The notes under the pieces are model-generated. The model saw only the letters and a list, made by a program, of their open reading frames with translations, did not search any database and was not told the origin of the DNA. Positions 38,974-47,450 of a stretch of 64,000 nt of DNA are shown here, piece by piece; the stretch's first letter is position 1; each line of letters begins with the position of its first letter. The translations under genes were made by a program, and so were the position numbers. This DNA is from Candidatus Obscuribacteraceae bacterium. GTDB taxonomy: Bacteria; Cyanobacteriota; Vampirovibrionia; Obscuribacterales; Obscuribacteraceae. The DNA is taken from NCBI GenBank assembly GCA_044229845.1, contig JBGASG010000006.1, forward strand, positions 160,001-224,000, in the 5' to 3' direction.

Positions 38974-40275
38974 CTATTTGGCGGGCGATGCCGCCAGTTC
39001 TCTTTGTTGTTCTTGTTGTTCTTGCTGCTTTTGCTGCCGCTCCTTGCCGCCGGAGACAGTGCCGGCAGCCACAGCCGGTAGGGCTTGCGCCAGGTCAGCG
39101 ATCAAGTCACGCGCGTCTTCGATGCCGCAGGACAATCTGATCAAACCATCGGTGATACCACACTGTTCCTGCACGTCTTTCGGTATCGGCTTGTGCGTCA
39201 TCGTGGAGGGATGACAAATCAACGACTTGACGCCACCGAGGGATTCGGCGAGCTGGAACAAACGAGTCGACCGCACCAGATGCTTAGCATTGTCCAGTCC
39301 GCCTTTGACGACAAAAGAAACCATGCCGCCGAAACCAGTCATCTGGCGCTTGGCCAGTTCGTATTGCGGGAACGAGGGGAGTCCCGGGTAGAAAACCTGT
39401 TCTACTGCCGGATGTTGTTCGAGAAAGTTGGCGACTTCCGTGGCGTTGCGCTCGTGTTCTCTCATGCGCAGGGAGAGGGTCTTCACGCCGCGCAAAGTCA
39501 GGTAGCAGTCGAATGGACCGGGAACGCAACCGGATGCATTCGTGTAAAACTGCAATTGCTCGTAGAGATCCTCGCGATCCGTGATCACGGCACCGCCGAT
39601 GACATCGGCGTGTCCGCTCAGATATTTGGTTGTACTGTGAACTATGACGTCGGCGCCGAACTCCAGTGGACGCTGGAAATATGGTGTCGCAAAAGTGTTA
39701 TCGACGCAGTAGATCAAATTGTGGCGCTTGGCGATTTTGCCGATTTCGCGCAAATCCGCAAGCCGGAGCAGGGGATTCGTCGGCGTCTCCAACCAGATCA
39801 ACTTGGTCTGGCTACACACCGCGTTTTCAATCTGTTGAACATCGCGGGCGTTTACATACGAAAAACTGAGATTGTAGCGTTTGAGGACCTTTTCGAAGAG
39901 GCGGTAGACGCCGCCATATACGTCTTCGCCGACAACCACGTGATCGCCTGCATTGAGCAGGCTGGCAACCACTGTCACAGCCGCTAAGCCGGAGGCGGTG
40001 GCGATGCCGTAGCGAGCGCCTTCGAGCGAAGCCAGGCATTCTTCAAGCGCAGTACGCGTCGGATTGTGCGTACGGGCATATTGGTACCCTTTGTTGACGC
40101 CCAGCTCATCGAGCGCGAATGTCGAAGTCTGGTATATCGGAGTAGTGAGGGCGCCGGTGGCGGGGTCTGGTTCCTGCCCGTGATGTACGGCTCTGGTGGC
40201 GAATGCCAGGGTCGAGGTGAACTCGCGTTGCGCTTTGGTCTTCTCGCAGCCGTTGTGAGTGGGATGTACGGTCAT
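38974..40275 (-). CDS. metB: cystathionine gamma-synthase/lyase (PLP trans-sulfuration enzyme)
   Basis: PIYQTSTF, YARTHNPTR, WLETPTNP, DNTFATP, HSTTKYLSGH, AESLGG; AGGAG RBS. Confidence 0.88.
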   Translation of the reverse strand: MTVHPTHNGCEKTKAQREFTSTLAFATRAVHHGQEPDPATGALTTPIYQTSTFALDELGVNKGYQYARTHNPTRTALEECLASLEGARYGIATASGLAAVTVVASLLNAGDHVVVGEDVYGGVYRLFEKVLKRYNLSFSYVNARDVQQIENAVCSQTKLIWLETPTNPLLRLADLREIGKIAKRHNLIYCVDNTFATPYFQRPLEFGADVIVHSTTKYLSGHADVIGGAVITDREDLYEQLQFYTNASGCVPGPFDCYLTLRGVKTLSLRMREHERNATEVANFLEQHPAVEQVFYPGLPSFPQYELAKRQMTGFGGMVSFVVKGGLDNAKHLVRSTRLFQLAESLGGVKSLICHPSTMTHKPIPKDVQEQCGITDGLIRLSCGIEDARDLIADLAQALPAVAAGTVSGGKERQQKQQEQQEQQRELAASPAK

Positions 40276-40301
40276 GGTGATGTTTCTCCTTTCAATAATT
40301 G

Positions 40302-40342
40302 CCAAAAGAAAACTCCCCTTCTCTGCCGCGAGAAGGGGAGTT
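40302..40342 (-). terminator. attenuator terminator upstream of metB
   Basis: 13-bp perfect stem aactccccttctc/gagaaggggagtt, followed on the minus strand by ttcttttgg. Confidence 0.85.
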
Positions 40343-40367
40343 AATTGCACTTTCTAAGCTTGCTGAG

Positions 40368-40463
40368 TTAATCGAGCCAGACGATGTGCAAACACCCTAC
40401 TTCCCCGGCGGGGTAGTAGCGCATGTTCATGCTCATCATCATAGTTGTGGCGCGATTCGACAT
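40368..40463 (-). CDS. putative Met leader peptide (31 aa) MSNRATTMMMSMNMRYYPAGEVGCLHIVWLD
   Basis: Five internal Met codons within 7 positions; lies between a consensus promoter and the terminator before metB. Confidence 0.78.
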   Translation of the reverse strand: MSNRATTMMMSMNMRYYPAGEVGCLHIVWLD

Positions 40464-40470
40464 GTGCCCC

Positions 40471-40498
40471 ATGATAGCGGCAAAAATTGCGCTGTCAA
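40471..40498 (-). promoter_or_regulatory. sigma70 promoter of the Met leader-metB operon
   Basis: TTGACA-16-TATCAT, 7 nt before the leader ATG. Confidence 0.75.
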
Positions 40499-40639
40499 TC
40501 CTTGCGCCGCGCTCTGTAAAGTTGCGCCACGCGAGCCTCTATAGAACTAGATTACATAGATCAATATGTGAACGCGCGCCAGCGTTCTTCTGAGATCCGA
40601 TTCAGAATCTGATCTGCCGATGCGCTTGTGCCGGGCAAT

Positions 40640-41800
40640 TCAAACCAGCTTGATCAGCGGTGGCGAAACATAATTCCGGATGTCGTCCTTTGATATCGCA
40701 TCCGCTGCGACGCACATCGCAAGGAAAGCTCCCTGCGGCCACCGCACCAGATCTGCCAGATGGGAAAACACACAGACATACTGTTGCAAATACTTTCTGC
40801 TCACCCCTTGAAACACATCGATGATGAACGCAGCGACTTGTTGAACTTTCTCGCTCAAGACATCCGACGAGGTTCCGCGGACGGCATCCGCAGCGCGGAC
40901 CGAACCGGTATCAGCGCCGTCGACGTCACGTTCCCCGGTTCGATTTGCCAACACGAAGCGCTCTCCCGGAAGTCTCAACGCAAGTCCATTCAACTCAAGC
41001 ATCACCAAACTCGACGTCAACTCTCCGAATTCCAAACCAGTCTGCTCTCGCAGCAAGTCAATGAAGATCGGCTGCTCACCCAAATGTTGAAGCACTTGGT
41101 GCTCGACCTCGTCGAGGTGCGCTCCGTCAACGCCCGCATCTCGAGTAGTTGCCTCCCCCTGAGCGGTCCCCTCATCTCGAGTAGTTGCCTCCCTTTGAGC
41201 GGTCACCTCATCTCGAGTGGTTGCCTCCCCTTGAGCGGTCCCCTCATCCCGAGTAGTCGCTTCTCTCCAATCAACATTGTGTTCCTCAGAAGCAGGACTC
41301 TGGCGGGCCTCCGTTTCTCGGCTGCGTCGAGTGACGACTTTCATCCACCTGGATGAAGGGACTTCATCCCCAGCGTCAGTTTCGGAAACCGAATTCGTGA
41401 GCACCATCGCGAGCTTCAGAAACATCGTCCATGCAGTCGAATAGGCGACTCCCGTAACCTTAGAGAATCTGCTCGGATTAACCTCAATTCGATGGTCAAT
41501 CAGCCAAACGGCAAACAGCCATTCGCGCACGAGCCTGATGTTCTCAAAGAACGTGCCCGAAGTCAGGTGCATCTTCTCATTGCATTCGGAGCATTGAACG
41601 GTTCGATCATTCACGCGAATCCAATTGCTGTTAGGACATCCCTTTCTGCAAGTGCGATTGGAGCTCGATGTCGCGCAAAGCGCATCTACACAATCAGCAT
41701 CGGTCGGAAACTCAGCATTGAATTGTTCCATTTCATGGAACAGCGGATCTGTGTCATTTTCAGAGGGTCGTCGATCTGGGTTCTTAGCTTGATTTTTCAT
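40640..41800 (-). CDS. IS1595-transposase-derived protein (Zn ribbon, HTH, DprA-like winged helix, no recognisable DDE core)
   Basis: EFPTDADC...CRKGC...CSEC...LTSGTFFE; GVAYSTAW; IDLL.EQTGL...LVMLELNG...LPG; FQGVSRKYLQQY. Confidence 0.65.
   Translation of the reverse strand: MKNQAKNPDRRPSENDTDPLFHEMEQFNAEFPTDADCVDALCATSSSNRTCRKGCPNSNWIRVNDRTVQCSECNEKMHLTSGTFFENIRLVREWLFAVWLIDHRIEVNPSRFSKVTGVAYSTAWTMFLKLAMVLTNSVSETDAGDEVPSSRWMKVVTRRSRETEARQSPASEEHNVDWREATTRDEGTAQGEATTRDEVTAQREATTRDEGTAQGEATTRDAGVDGAHLDEVEHQVLQHLGEQPIFIDLLREQTGLEFGELTSSLVMLELNGLALRLPGERFVLANRTGERDVDGADTGSVRAADAVRGTSSDVLSEKVQQVAAFIIDVFQGVSRKYLQQYVCVFSHLADLVRWPQGAFLAMCVAADAISKDDIRNYVSPPLIKLV
41137..41260. repeat. in-frame 36-bp tandem repeat (~3.5x, EATTRDEGTAQG)
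   Basis: catctcgagtagttgcctccccctgagcggtcccct units. Confidence 0.85.
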
Positions 41801-41885
41801 GGCAGAAACCTCCATTACGATCAACGTCGCTCGCACCCAAAAAGTTCAATTCGCCAGATAAAACTGACAACCCCCCCTCTCAAGC

Positions 41886-42003
41886 TGAACTGAAGCGATA
41901 TCGCTTTAGCTTCTCTGAGCTGAGGCGATATCGCTTTAGTTTTGGTGAGTTGGAGCGATATCGCTTCAACCTGGATGAGCTGGAGCGATATCGCTTTAGT
42001 TTG
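41886..42003. repeat. GCGATATCGC palindromic repeat, 4 copies at a 30-bp period
   Basis: tgaactgaagcgatatcgctttagc / tgagctgaggcgatatcgctttagt / tgagttggagcgatatcgcttcaac / tgagctggagcgatatcgctttagt. Confidence 0.9.
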
Positions 42004-42012
42004 GGTGGAGGG

Positions 42013-42654
42013 TCAGGGAGCCTCGGCTAGTCCCCACCGCTTGAGGACCGCGTAAGCGGCTGGTAGTGAAGCGCCGAATGACAGGATGCCGTCTTCGTGC
42101 CCGGCCATAACAAGGATGCATTGGTGTGACAGGTCGGCTTGGCGGGCAAGCCGTTGCACCTCCGCCGCCATCTCGGGAGTTCCATAGGGGACATGCGGGG
42201 CGGTCGTCGGAACCCTTCCTAAAAGGCGCTGCCAGTGGGTGTTGCTGTGTACATGGATCACCGCACTGCTCTGCGGAAACGTTTCATATATGATTGCGTG
42301 CGTCATGGATTCAGATGAAGCCTTCATCGGTCCGAAACAGCTGATAGAGTTTCTTTGCAGATCGAATGAGGTGACGAGGGCGAAGTGCTGTTCGTCCGCG
42401 CTAGAGATATGTCCCGTTTGGCTAGCTGAAATCAAGAACTGCGGCTGGCTTTGGGGTGGCTGGACCTGGGGTGTCCGAGAATCAGCCACTCGGACGCTGA
42501 TGTTTCCGAAACCGATGCCATCCGGATAGACTCCGATCAACCCGTCGCGATAGAGCTGGTTACGAAAGTCGAAGAGATCGGACGATTTCGCGTACTCGGG
42601 CAACGGGCCTGGTGTCCAAGCACATTCGAACTTGATTACGCCTTCGTCTCTCAT
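42013..42654 (-). CDS. class II aldolase/adducin family protein (MtnB-like)
   Basis: GFGNISVR, ASSESMTH, AVIHVHS, YGTPEMA, MAGHEDG. Confidence 0.8.
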   Translation of the reverse strand: MRDEGVIKFECAWTPGPLPEYAKSSDLFDFRNQLYRDGLIGVYPDGIGFGNISVRVADSRTPQVQPPQSQPQFLISASQTGHISSADEQHFALVTSFDLQRNSISCFGPMKASSESMTHAIIYETFPQSSAVIHVHSNTHWQRLLGRVPTTAPHVPYGTPEMAAEVQRLARQADLSHQCILVMAGHEDGILSFGASLPAAYAVLKRWGLAEAP

Positions 42655-42719
42655 CAGCAGTCAGTTGCGTTTTTACCGGGGATAGTATCAAGATAGATTC
42701 AGGTCTTCTGGACTATCTG

Positions 42720-44552
42720 ATGCTGGTGGTTGAGACACTAACTTTAGCAGCAACGGTTGGCGCTTTGATAGGCGCCGGATGTTACTGCTTTCGCCGTTGT
42801 CCTCCCGACAGAGTTCTGGTAGTGCGAAGTCGCACGAAGGCTGGAGCAGCCGGTGCCGCAAAAAATACCGGCAGTTTCAGAGTTACGCGTGGAGAGATCT
42901 GGATTAACCCGCTCACCGAGGCGGTGCAGGAAGTCAATCTGTCCCCGCTGGAGATCTACGTCGCGGTATCGCTGCCCTCGTCTGCCATCAATGTAGAACG
43001 CCTCTATATTCATTTGAAGGTAGTTACGGCGCCCAGCCCGGACGACGACTCGCTCGCTCGGGCGGCGGGGCACATAGGCGGCCTGGATGTACACCGTGCA
43101 TCTCGCAAGTTAGAGGAGTTGATTGCGGCGAAAAATCCGGAACTGCCACTGTCACTGGTGCCGCAATCGGCTGTGGATCTACAGAGTTTGAGTTTGCGCG
43201 GACGTCCGGAATGGAACGAATGGCTGCTGTCGCTCCTCAAACCCTACGGGATGGAATTGAAATCCTACAGTCTGCTGGAAGTATCTCGACGCACTGAGTT
43301 GCAACCGACTCCGCGGTCCCAGGAACCGGACGTTTCGCGCGCCTGCCGCCTTTTGGAATTCGACCCCGTATGCGAGGAGGTGCAGGTCGAGATTGCAGCC
43401 AGCCAGACTCAATTGGGTGCAGTCGGTATCACGTGGCTTTTGATGTTCAACGTGGAACCACAATTCGACCTATACCGGGTGGCGTGTGAAAACTATCTGG
43501 ACAAGCCGGCGCCGGAGGTTAACTCTCATTTGAGCGGCATCGTGTCCCAGGCAATGCATCGCGCACTCTCGACCTGCAATGGCTACACGATGATCGATCA
43601 GCTCTGCGAATCATATAAGAAGTATGGTGGTGACTCGGGCAAAAGCTCCGGTAAAGAGTTGGCTATCTATATGTTGAACGCTGTTTCCGACGCGGTCAGC
43701 ACCTGGCGCGGCAAATTGATGATGATGCGAGCCTGGTTCACGTCAGCGAATACAGCTCAGAAGTTCTTCACGACTCTTGTGCAATCGTTAGAGGTTGAAC
43801 TCAGTCGGTCTGGTTTGAAGTTCGGTGGGTTGCTTTTCAAAGATGTCGACCTGCAGACATCGACAATTCAATTGCCCACAAAGTGGAACTACACATCCTC
43901 GTTTGTGCCGACCGACGTCATTCAGTTTTCGGGACGAACTCCAATCGTCTTCGAGGGGCGACCACTGACTGCCGTAATCTGGGCGCGCGTGGAAATGCCC
44001 AGGCTGAAAGCCATCGGCGTTGCATCGGGCGGTGCTGCATCGGGCGGTGCTGCATCGGGCGGTGCTGCATCGGACGGTGCTGCATCGGACGGTGCTGCAT
44101 CGGACGGCGTTGCATTGGAGGGTGCCAGCGTTTCGGAGACGACGGTATCTGGTGCCCTTTCCCATCAACTGACGAAGGCACTGGCGACTCCCAAGGTCCA
44201 GAAGTTGGTGATCGCCGCCGAGCGACTTTGGGCAGAACTGAAACGCGACATGGACGAGCTACGCGGCGTCGACGGCACACTGGAAGATCCGGTCACCAGA
44301 CTGATCATCGAACGCGCGGCGCTGCGTTTAGTTCTGCCGGCAGCCAAAGTGGTGCTGGCACTACTGGATGCCTACGCCGAGGTGCGCCGCGAGTTTATCA
44401 AAAACTGCTCGCGAGCAGTGAACGAAACCGGCGGCGTCGGTGAGAACTTCGCTCTGCGCGACTTCGACATTGTCGACCACAAAGGCAATACGATACTTAC
44501 AGCGCCAGAGCAGTCCGTTCAGGAAACAGCTGCAATAGCCCTTCCTCGTTAG
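42720..44552 (+). CDS. membrane-anchored protein with divergent SPFH/flotillin-like regions
   Basis: N-terminal TM plus RRCPPDRVLV...WINPL.EAVQEVNLSPLEI; internal 15-bp GGAAS repeats. Confidence 0.5.
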   Translation: MLVVETLTLAATVGALIGAGCYCFRRCPPDRVLVVRSRTKAGAAGAAKNTGSFRVTRGEIWINPLTEAVQEVNLSPLEIYVAVSLPSSAINVERLYIHLKVVTAPSPDDDSLARAAGHIGGLDVHRASRKLEELIAAKNPELPLSLVPQSAVDLQSLSLRGRPEWNEWLLSLLKPYGMELKSYSLLEVSRRTELQPTPRSQEPDVSRACRLLEFDPVCEEVQVEIAASQTQLGAVGITWLLMFNVEPQFDLYRVACENYLDKPAPEVNSHLSGIVSQAMHRALSTCNGYTMIDQLCESYKKYGGDSGKSSGKELAIYMLNAVSDAVSTWRGKLMMMRAWFTSANTAQKFFTTLVQSLEVELSRSGLKFGGLLFKDVDLQTSTIQLPTKWNYTSSFVPTDVIQFSGRTPIVFEGRPLTAVIWARVEMPRLKAIGVASGGAASGGAASGGAASDGAASDGAASDGVALEGASVSETTVSGALSHQLTKALATPKVQKLVIAAERLWAELKRDMDELRGVDGTLEDPVTRLIIERAALRLVLPAAKVVLALLDAYAEVRREFIKNCSRAVNETGGVGENFALRDFDIVDHKGNTILTAPEQSVQETAAIALPR

Positions 44553-45615
44553 CCGCGCAAATGCCGCGCTCGGTGATCAGCGCCGTAACCAGATGGCGCG
44601 GAGTGACATCAAATCCGAAGTTGGCGGCGGGAGCACTTTCAGGAGAGACCAGCACGGACTTTGTTTTACCGTCAGCGGCATCCAGTCCGGCAACATATTT
44701 GACTTCGTGAGCGCTGCGCTCCTCAATTGGAATCTCTCGACCGTCCACTATGTCCCAGTCGATGCTCGAAGACGGCAGTGCAACAAAGAACGGTATACCG
44801 TTTGCGTCAGCAGCCAGCGCCTTCAGATAAGTGCCGATTTTGTTGGCGACATCGCCACCGCGCGTAGTGCGATCGGTTCCGACAATTACCATGTCTACCA
44901 TGCCGTTTTGCATGAGATGACCGCCGGCATTGTCCGTGATCAGTGTATAGGGAACGCCGTGTTGCCCCAATTCCCAGGCGGTCAGTGCGGCTCCCTGATT
45001 GCGCGGACGCGTTTCATCCACCCAGACGTGAATTGGAATCCCAGCATCGAAGGCTTGATAAATCACCGAGGTGGCGGTGCCCCAGTCGGTGGTAGCCAGC
45101 CACCCGGCATTGCAATGCGTAAGCACTTGCACGGGCTTGCCCTGTTTCTGCTGCGCCAGATCGCGCACCAGCTGCAGCCCGTGCACACCGATCATGCGGC
45201 AGATTTCCACGTCGGCGGCAGCCAGTTGCTGCGCGTTTTCCAGCAAGAGCTGAACGGCATGCTGTTTCGATCTTGCCGCTTCCAGTTGTTTGATTTGCTC
45301 GTCAACCGCCCAGGCTAGATTGACAGCGGTCGGCCGAGCATTCCGCAACTCGGCAGCCGCAGATTGCAAGTAGCTCTTGAAGTTATCCTCGGGCGACTGA
45401 TGTGCGGCGAGATACATACCGAAAGCCGCGCACACGCCAATCAAGGGCGCACCGCGAACGGCCATGTCTGCGATGGCGTCGCGCATTTCTTCATAGCCGG
45501 CCAGCGCCAGCACTTTGAATTCGTGCGGCAACACGCGCTGATCGATGACGCAGACCTGACTGGCGTCCGACTCATTCAACCAGACCGATTGATAGCGCTT
45601 GCCTTCTACTTTCAT
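44497..45615 (-). CDS. mtnA: S-methyl-5-thioribose-1-phosphate isomerase
   Basis: VRGAPLIG, RPTAVNL, LTHCNAGWLAT, DETRPRNQGA, NKIGTY, FDVTP. Confidence 0.95.
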   Translation of the reverse strand: MKVEGKRYQSVWLNESDASQVCVIDQRVLPHEFKVLALAGYEEMRDAIADMAVRGAPLIGVCAAFGMYLAAHQSPEDNFKSYLQSAAAELRNARPTAVNLAWAVDEQIKQLEAARSKQHAVQLLLENAQQLAAADVEICRMIGVHGLQLVRDLAQQKQGKPVQVLTHCNAGWLATTDWGTATSVIYQAFDAGIPIHVWVDETRPRNQGAALTAWELGQHGVPYTLITDNAGGHLMQNGMVDMVIVGTDRTTRGGDVANKIGTYLKALAADANGIPFFVALPSSSIDWDIVDGREIPIEERSAHEVKYVAGLDAADGKTKSVLVSPESAPAANFGFDVTPRHLVTALITERGICAANEEGLLQLFPERTALAL

Positions 45616-45770
45616 GCGGCACCTCGGCCTCAAGTGTAGCAGCACAAGTCAGGCAGGAACCGCGTTCACCGCACGCATTTGATTAGCGATGTTAATGAAT
45701 TATGTAATTCGGTCGCATTTTGGAACGAGCAGTCCAGAATATTGATTCGAATCAGTGTAGGGAAACCAAA

Positions 45771-46109
45771 ATGTTCTTTCTTCTCTATGTTCCTATTGTA
45801 AGCAACCTGCTACCGCCCGAAGCCATCGATGAAATGGCAGCTCACGTGGCGGACAAGATCCTGCAAATTGGATCGAACAACAACGAAGAAGCATCGCCTG
45901 AACAACGCCAGGAGTTGCAGACACAGCTGGCTGAAATGATGCGAGCAGCTCAGCAACAGCGCCAGGGGGCGCTGGAGATGGTCGACGACGGAGTCGAAAA
46001 TCTCGAGGGCGCGGAATCGGAAACGCCGCCCGCAGACGGCAGCGAAGCTTTCATTCGTTTGGCTCCGGCTCGCGACTTTCTGGAGCGCTGCCTGAAGAAG
46101 TCAGCCTGA
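45771..46109 (+). CDS. hypothetical protein
   Basis: 112-aa acidic ORF. Confidence 0.5.
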   Translation: MFFLLYVPIVSNLLPPEAIDEMAAHVADKILQIGSNNNEEASPEQRQELQTQLAEMMRAAQQQRQGALEMVDDGVENLEGAESETPPADGSEAFIRLAPARDFLERCLKKSA

Positions 46110-46184
46110 AGTGCGATCGCAAACGAATCCAGTTTGCTTTAATGGCAACGTTGGAAAAACTTGCCAAGCGCAACTGGAGAACAA

Positions 46185-47420
46185 ATGGTGAAGTCAACGA
46201 CGCTCAGCGATCCGATTCTGTCGCCGTCGGCGGAGTTTCTCGCGAACCCCTATCCGACTTTAGCCAGACTACGACAGGAAGCGCCCGTCTACTGGAGCGA
46301 GAAGGGCAATTACTGGTTGTTGACTCGCTATGGCGACGTGCATGAGGTCGTCTCGGACAGACAGTTCGAGAAAGGCGTCATGAAGTTCAAGAACACCGAT
46401 CTTTTTGTCAAGCTATTTCCAGTCGGCGATCTGCTCGAGTTTCGCGAACACTCCATGCTGCTGCAAAACCCGCCGGATCACACACGGCTGCGCGGTCTTG
46501 TGAACAAAGCCTTCACACCGTCTATGGTGGCAGGGCTGAAGCCGCGTATCGAAGCCATCACCAGCGAGTTGCTCGAAGGCATCCTCGCCAAGTCGGCCAA
46601 ATCCAAGGAATTCGATTTGATCGCCGAAATGGCATATCCCTTGCCGGCTACAGTAATCGCCGAAATGCTCGGCATTCCCACCAGCGACCGTGAGAAGTTC
46701 AAAGTCTGGTCGCACAACATTACAGCGGCGCTCGATCCCAATCCCCAGCCTAATCTTTTAAACATCGCCAAGGTAGCAGGGTCCTACAAAGACTTGATTG
46801 CCTACTTGCGTCCACTGGTTGCAGAGCGACGCAAAGAACGCAAGAACGATCTGATCAGCGCCCTGGTGGCAGCCGAGGAAGACGGCAATCATCTCTCCGA
46901 AACTGAGCTTCTGGCGAACATCGTTTTGCTGTTGATTGCCGGGCACGAAACGACCACCAACTTGATCGGGAACGGCATGCTGGCGCTTTTGCGCAATCCA
47001 GACCAGCTGGAACTGCTCAAGTCGAAACCGGATCTGCTGCCAACCGCCGTCGATGAGTTTCTGCGTTACGACAGCCCGGTGCAGATGGTGCGCCGGATCG
47101 CCGCCGACGATTTTCAAATCGGCGACACAACGATCAAATCAGGACAGCACGTTGTGCCGTTGATTGGTGCGGCTAATCACGATCCGGACCAATTCAAAGA
47201 TCCGGAAACGCTGGACATCACTCGCCAGGACAACAAACACATCTCATTCGGTCATGGCATTCACCATTGCCTGGGCTGGTCGCTTGCCGGTGCGGAAGGA
47301 CAGATCGCGATTTCGGCATTGTTGAAGACCTTCCCGAACATCAAGATGAAGACACAAAAAATTGAGGTGAAGCTGCCTTTTTCGTTGCGCGGCGTCAAAC
47401 AGCTGCACGTGACGTACTGA
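46185..47420 (+). CDS. cytochrome P450
   Basis: PPDHTRLR, AGHETT, EFLR, FGHGIHHCLG heme ligand. Confidence 0.95.
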   Translation: MVKSTTLSDPILSPSAEFLANPYPTLARLRQEAPVYWSEKGNYWLLTRYGDVHEVVSDRQFEKGVMKFKNTDLFVKLFPVGDLLEFREHSMLLQNPPDHTRLRGLVNKAFTPSMVAGLKPRIEAITSELLEGILAKSAKSKEFDLIAEMAYPLPATVIAEMLGIPTSDREKFKVWSHNITAALDPNPQPNLLNIAKVAGSYKDLIAYLRPLVAERRKERKNDLISALVAAEEDGNHLSETELLANIVLLLIAGHETTTNLIGNGMLALLRNPDQLELLKSKPDLLPTAVDEFLRYDSPVQMVRRIAADDFQIGDTTIKSGQHVVPLIGAANHDPDQFKDPETLDITRQDNKHISFGHGIHHCLGWSLAGAEGQIAISALLKTFPNIKMKTQKIEVKLPFSLRGVKQLHVTY

Positions 47421-47450
47421 TTTAGCGCACGCACGTACTGGTCCGACGCT

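Noticed and set aside
40280..40500. SAM riboswitch or T-box upstream of metB
   Set aside because: No SAM-I/II core or T-box GGTGGNACCGCG sequence was visible by eye; the leader-peptide model fits better.
40560..41880. Active IS1595 element
   Set aside because: No catalytic DDE region, terminal inverted repeats or target duplication were seen.
33821..42003. 30-bp-period palindrome arrays as CRISPR arrays
   Set aside because: Only about 5 nt separate the repeats, there are no unique spacers, copies are dispersed and degenerate, and no cas genes are in the window.
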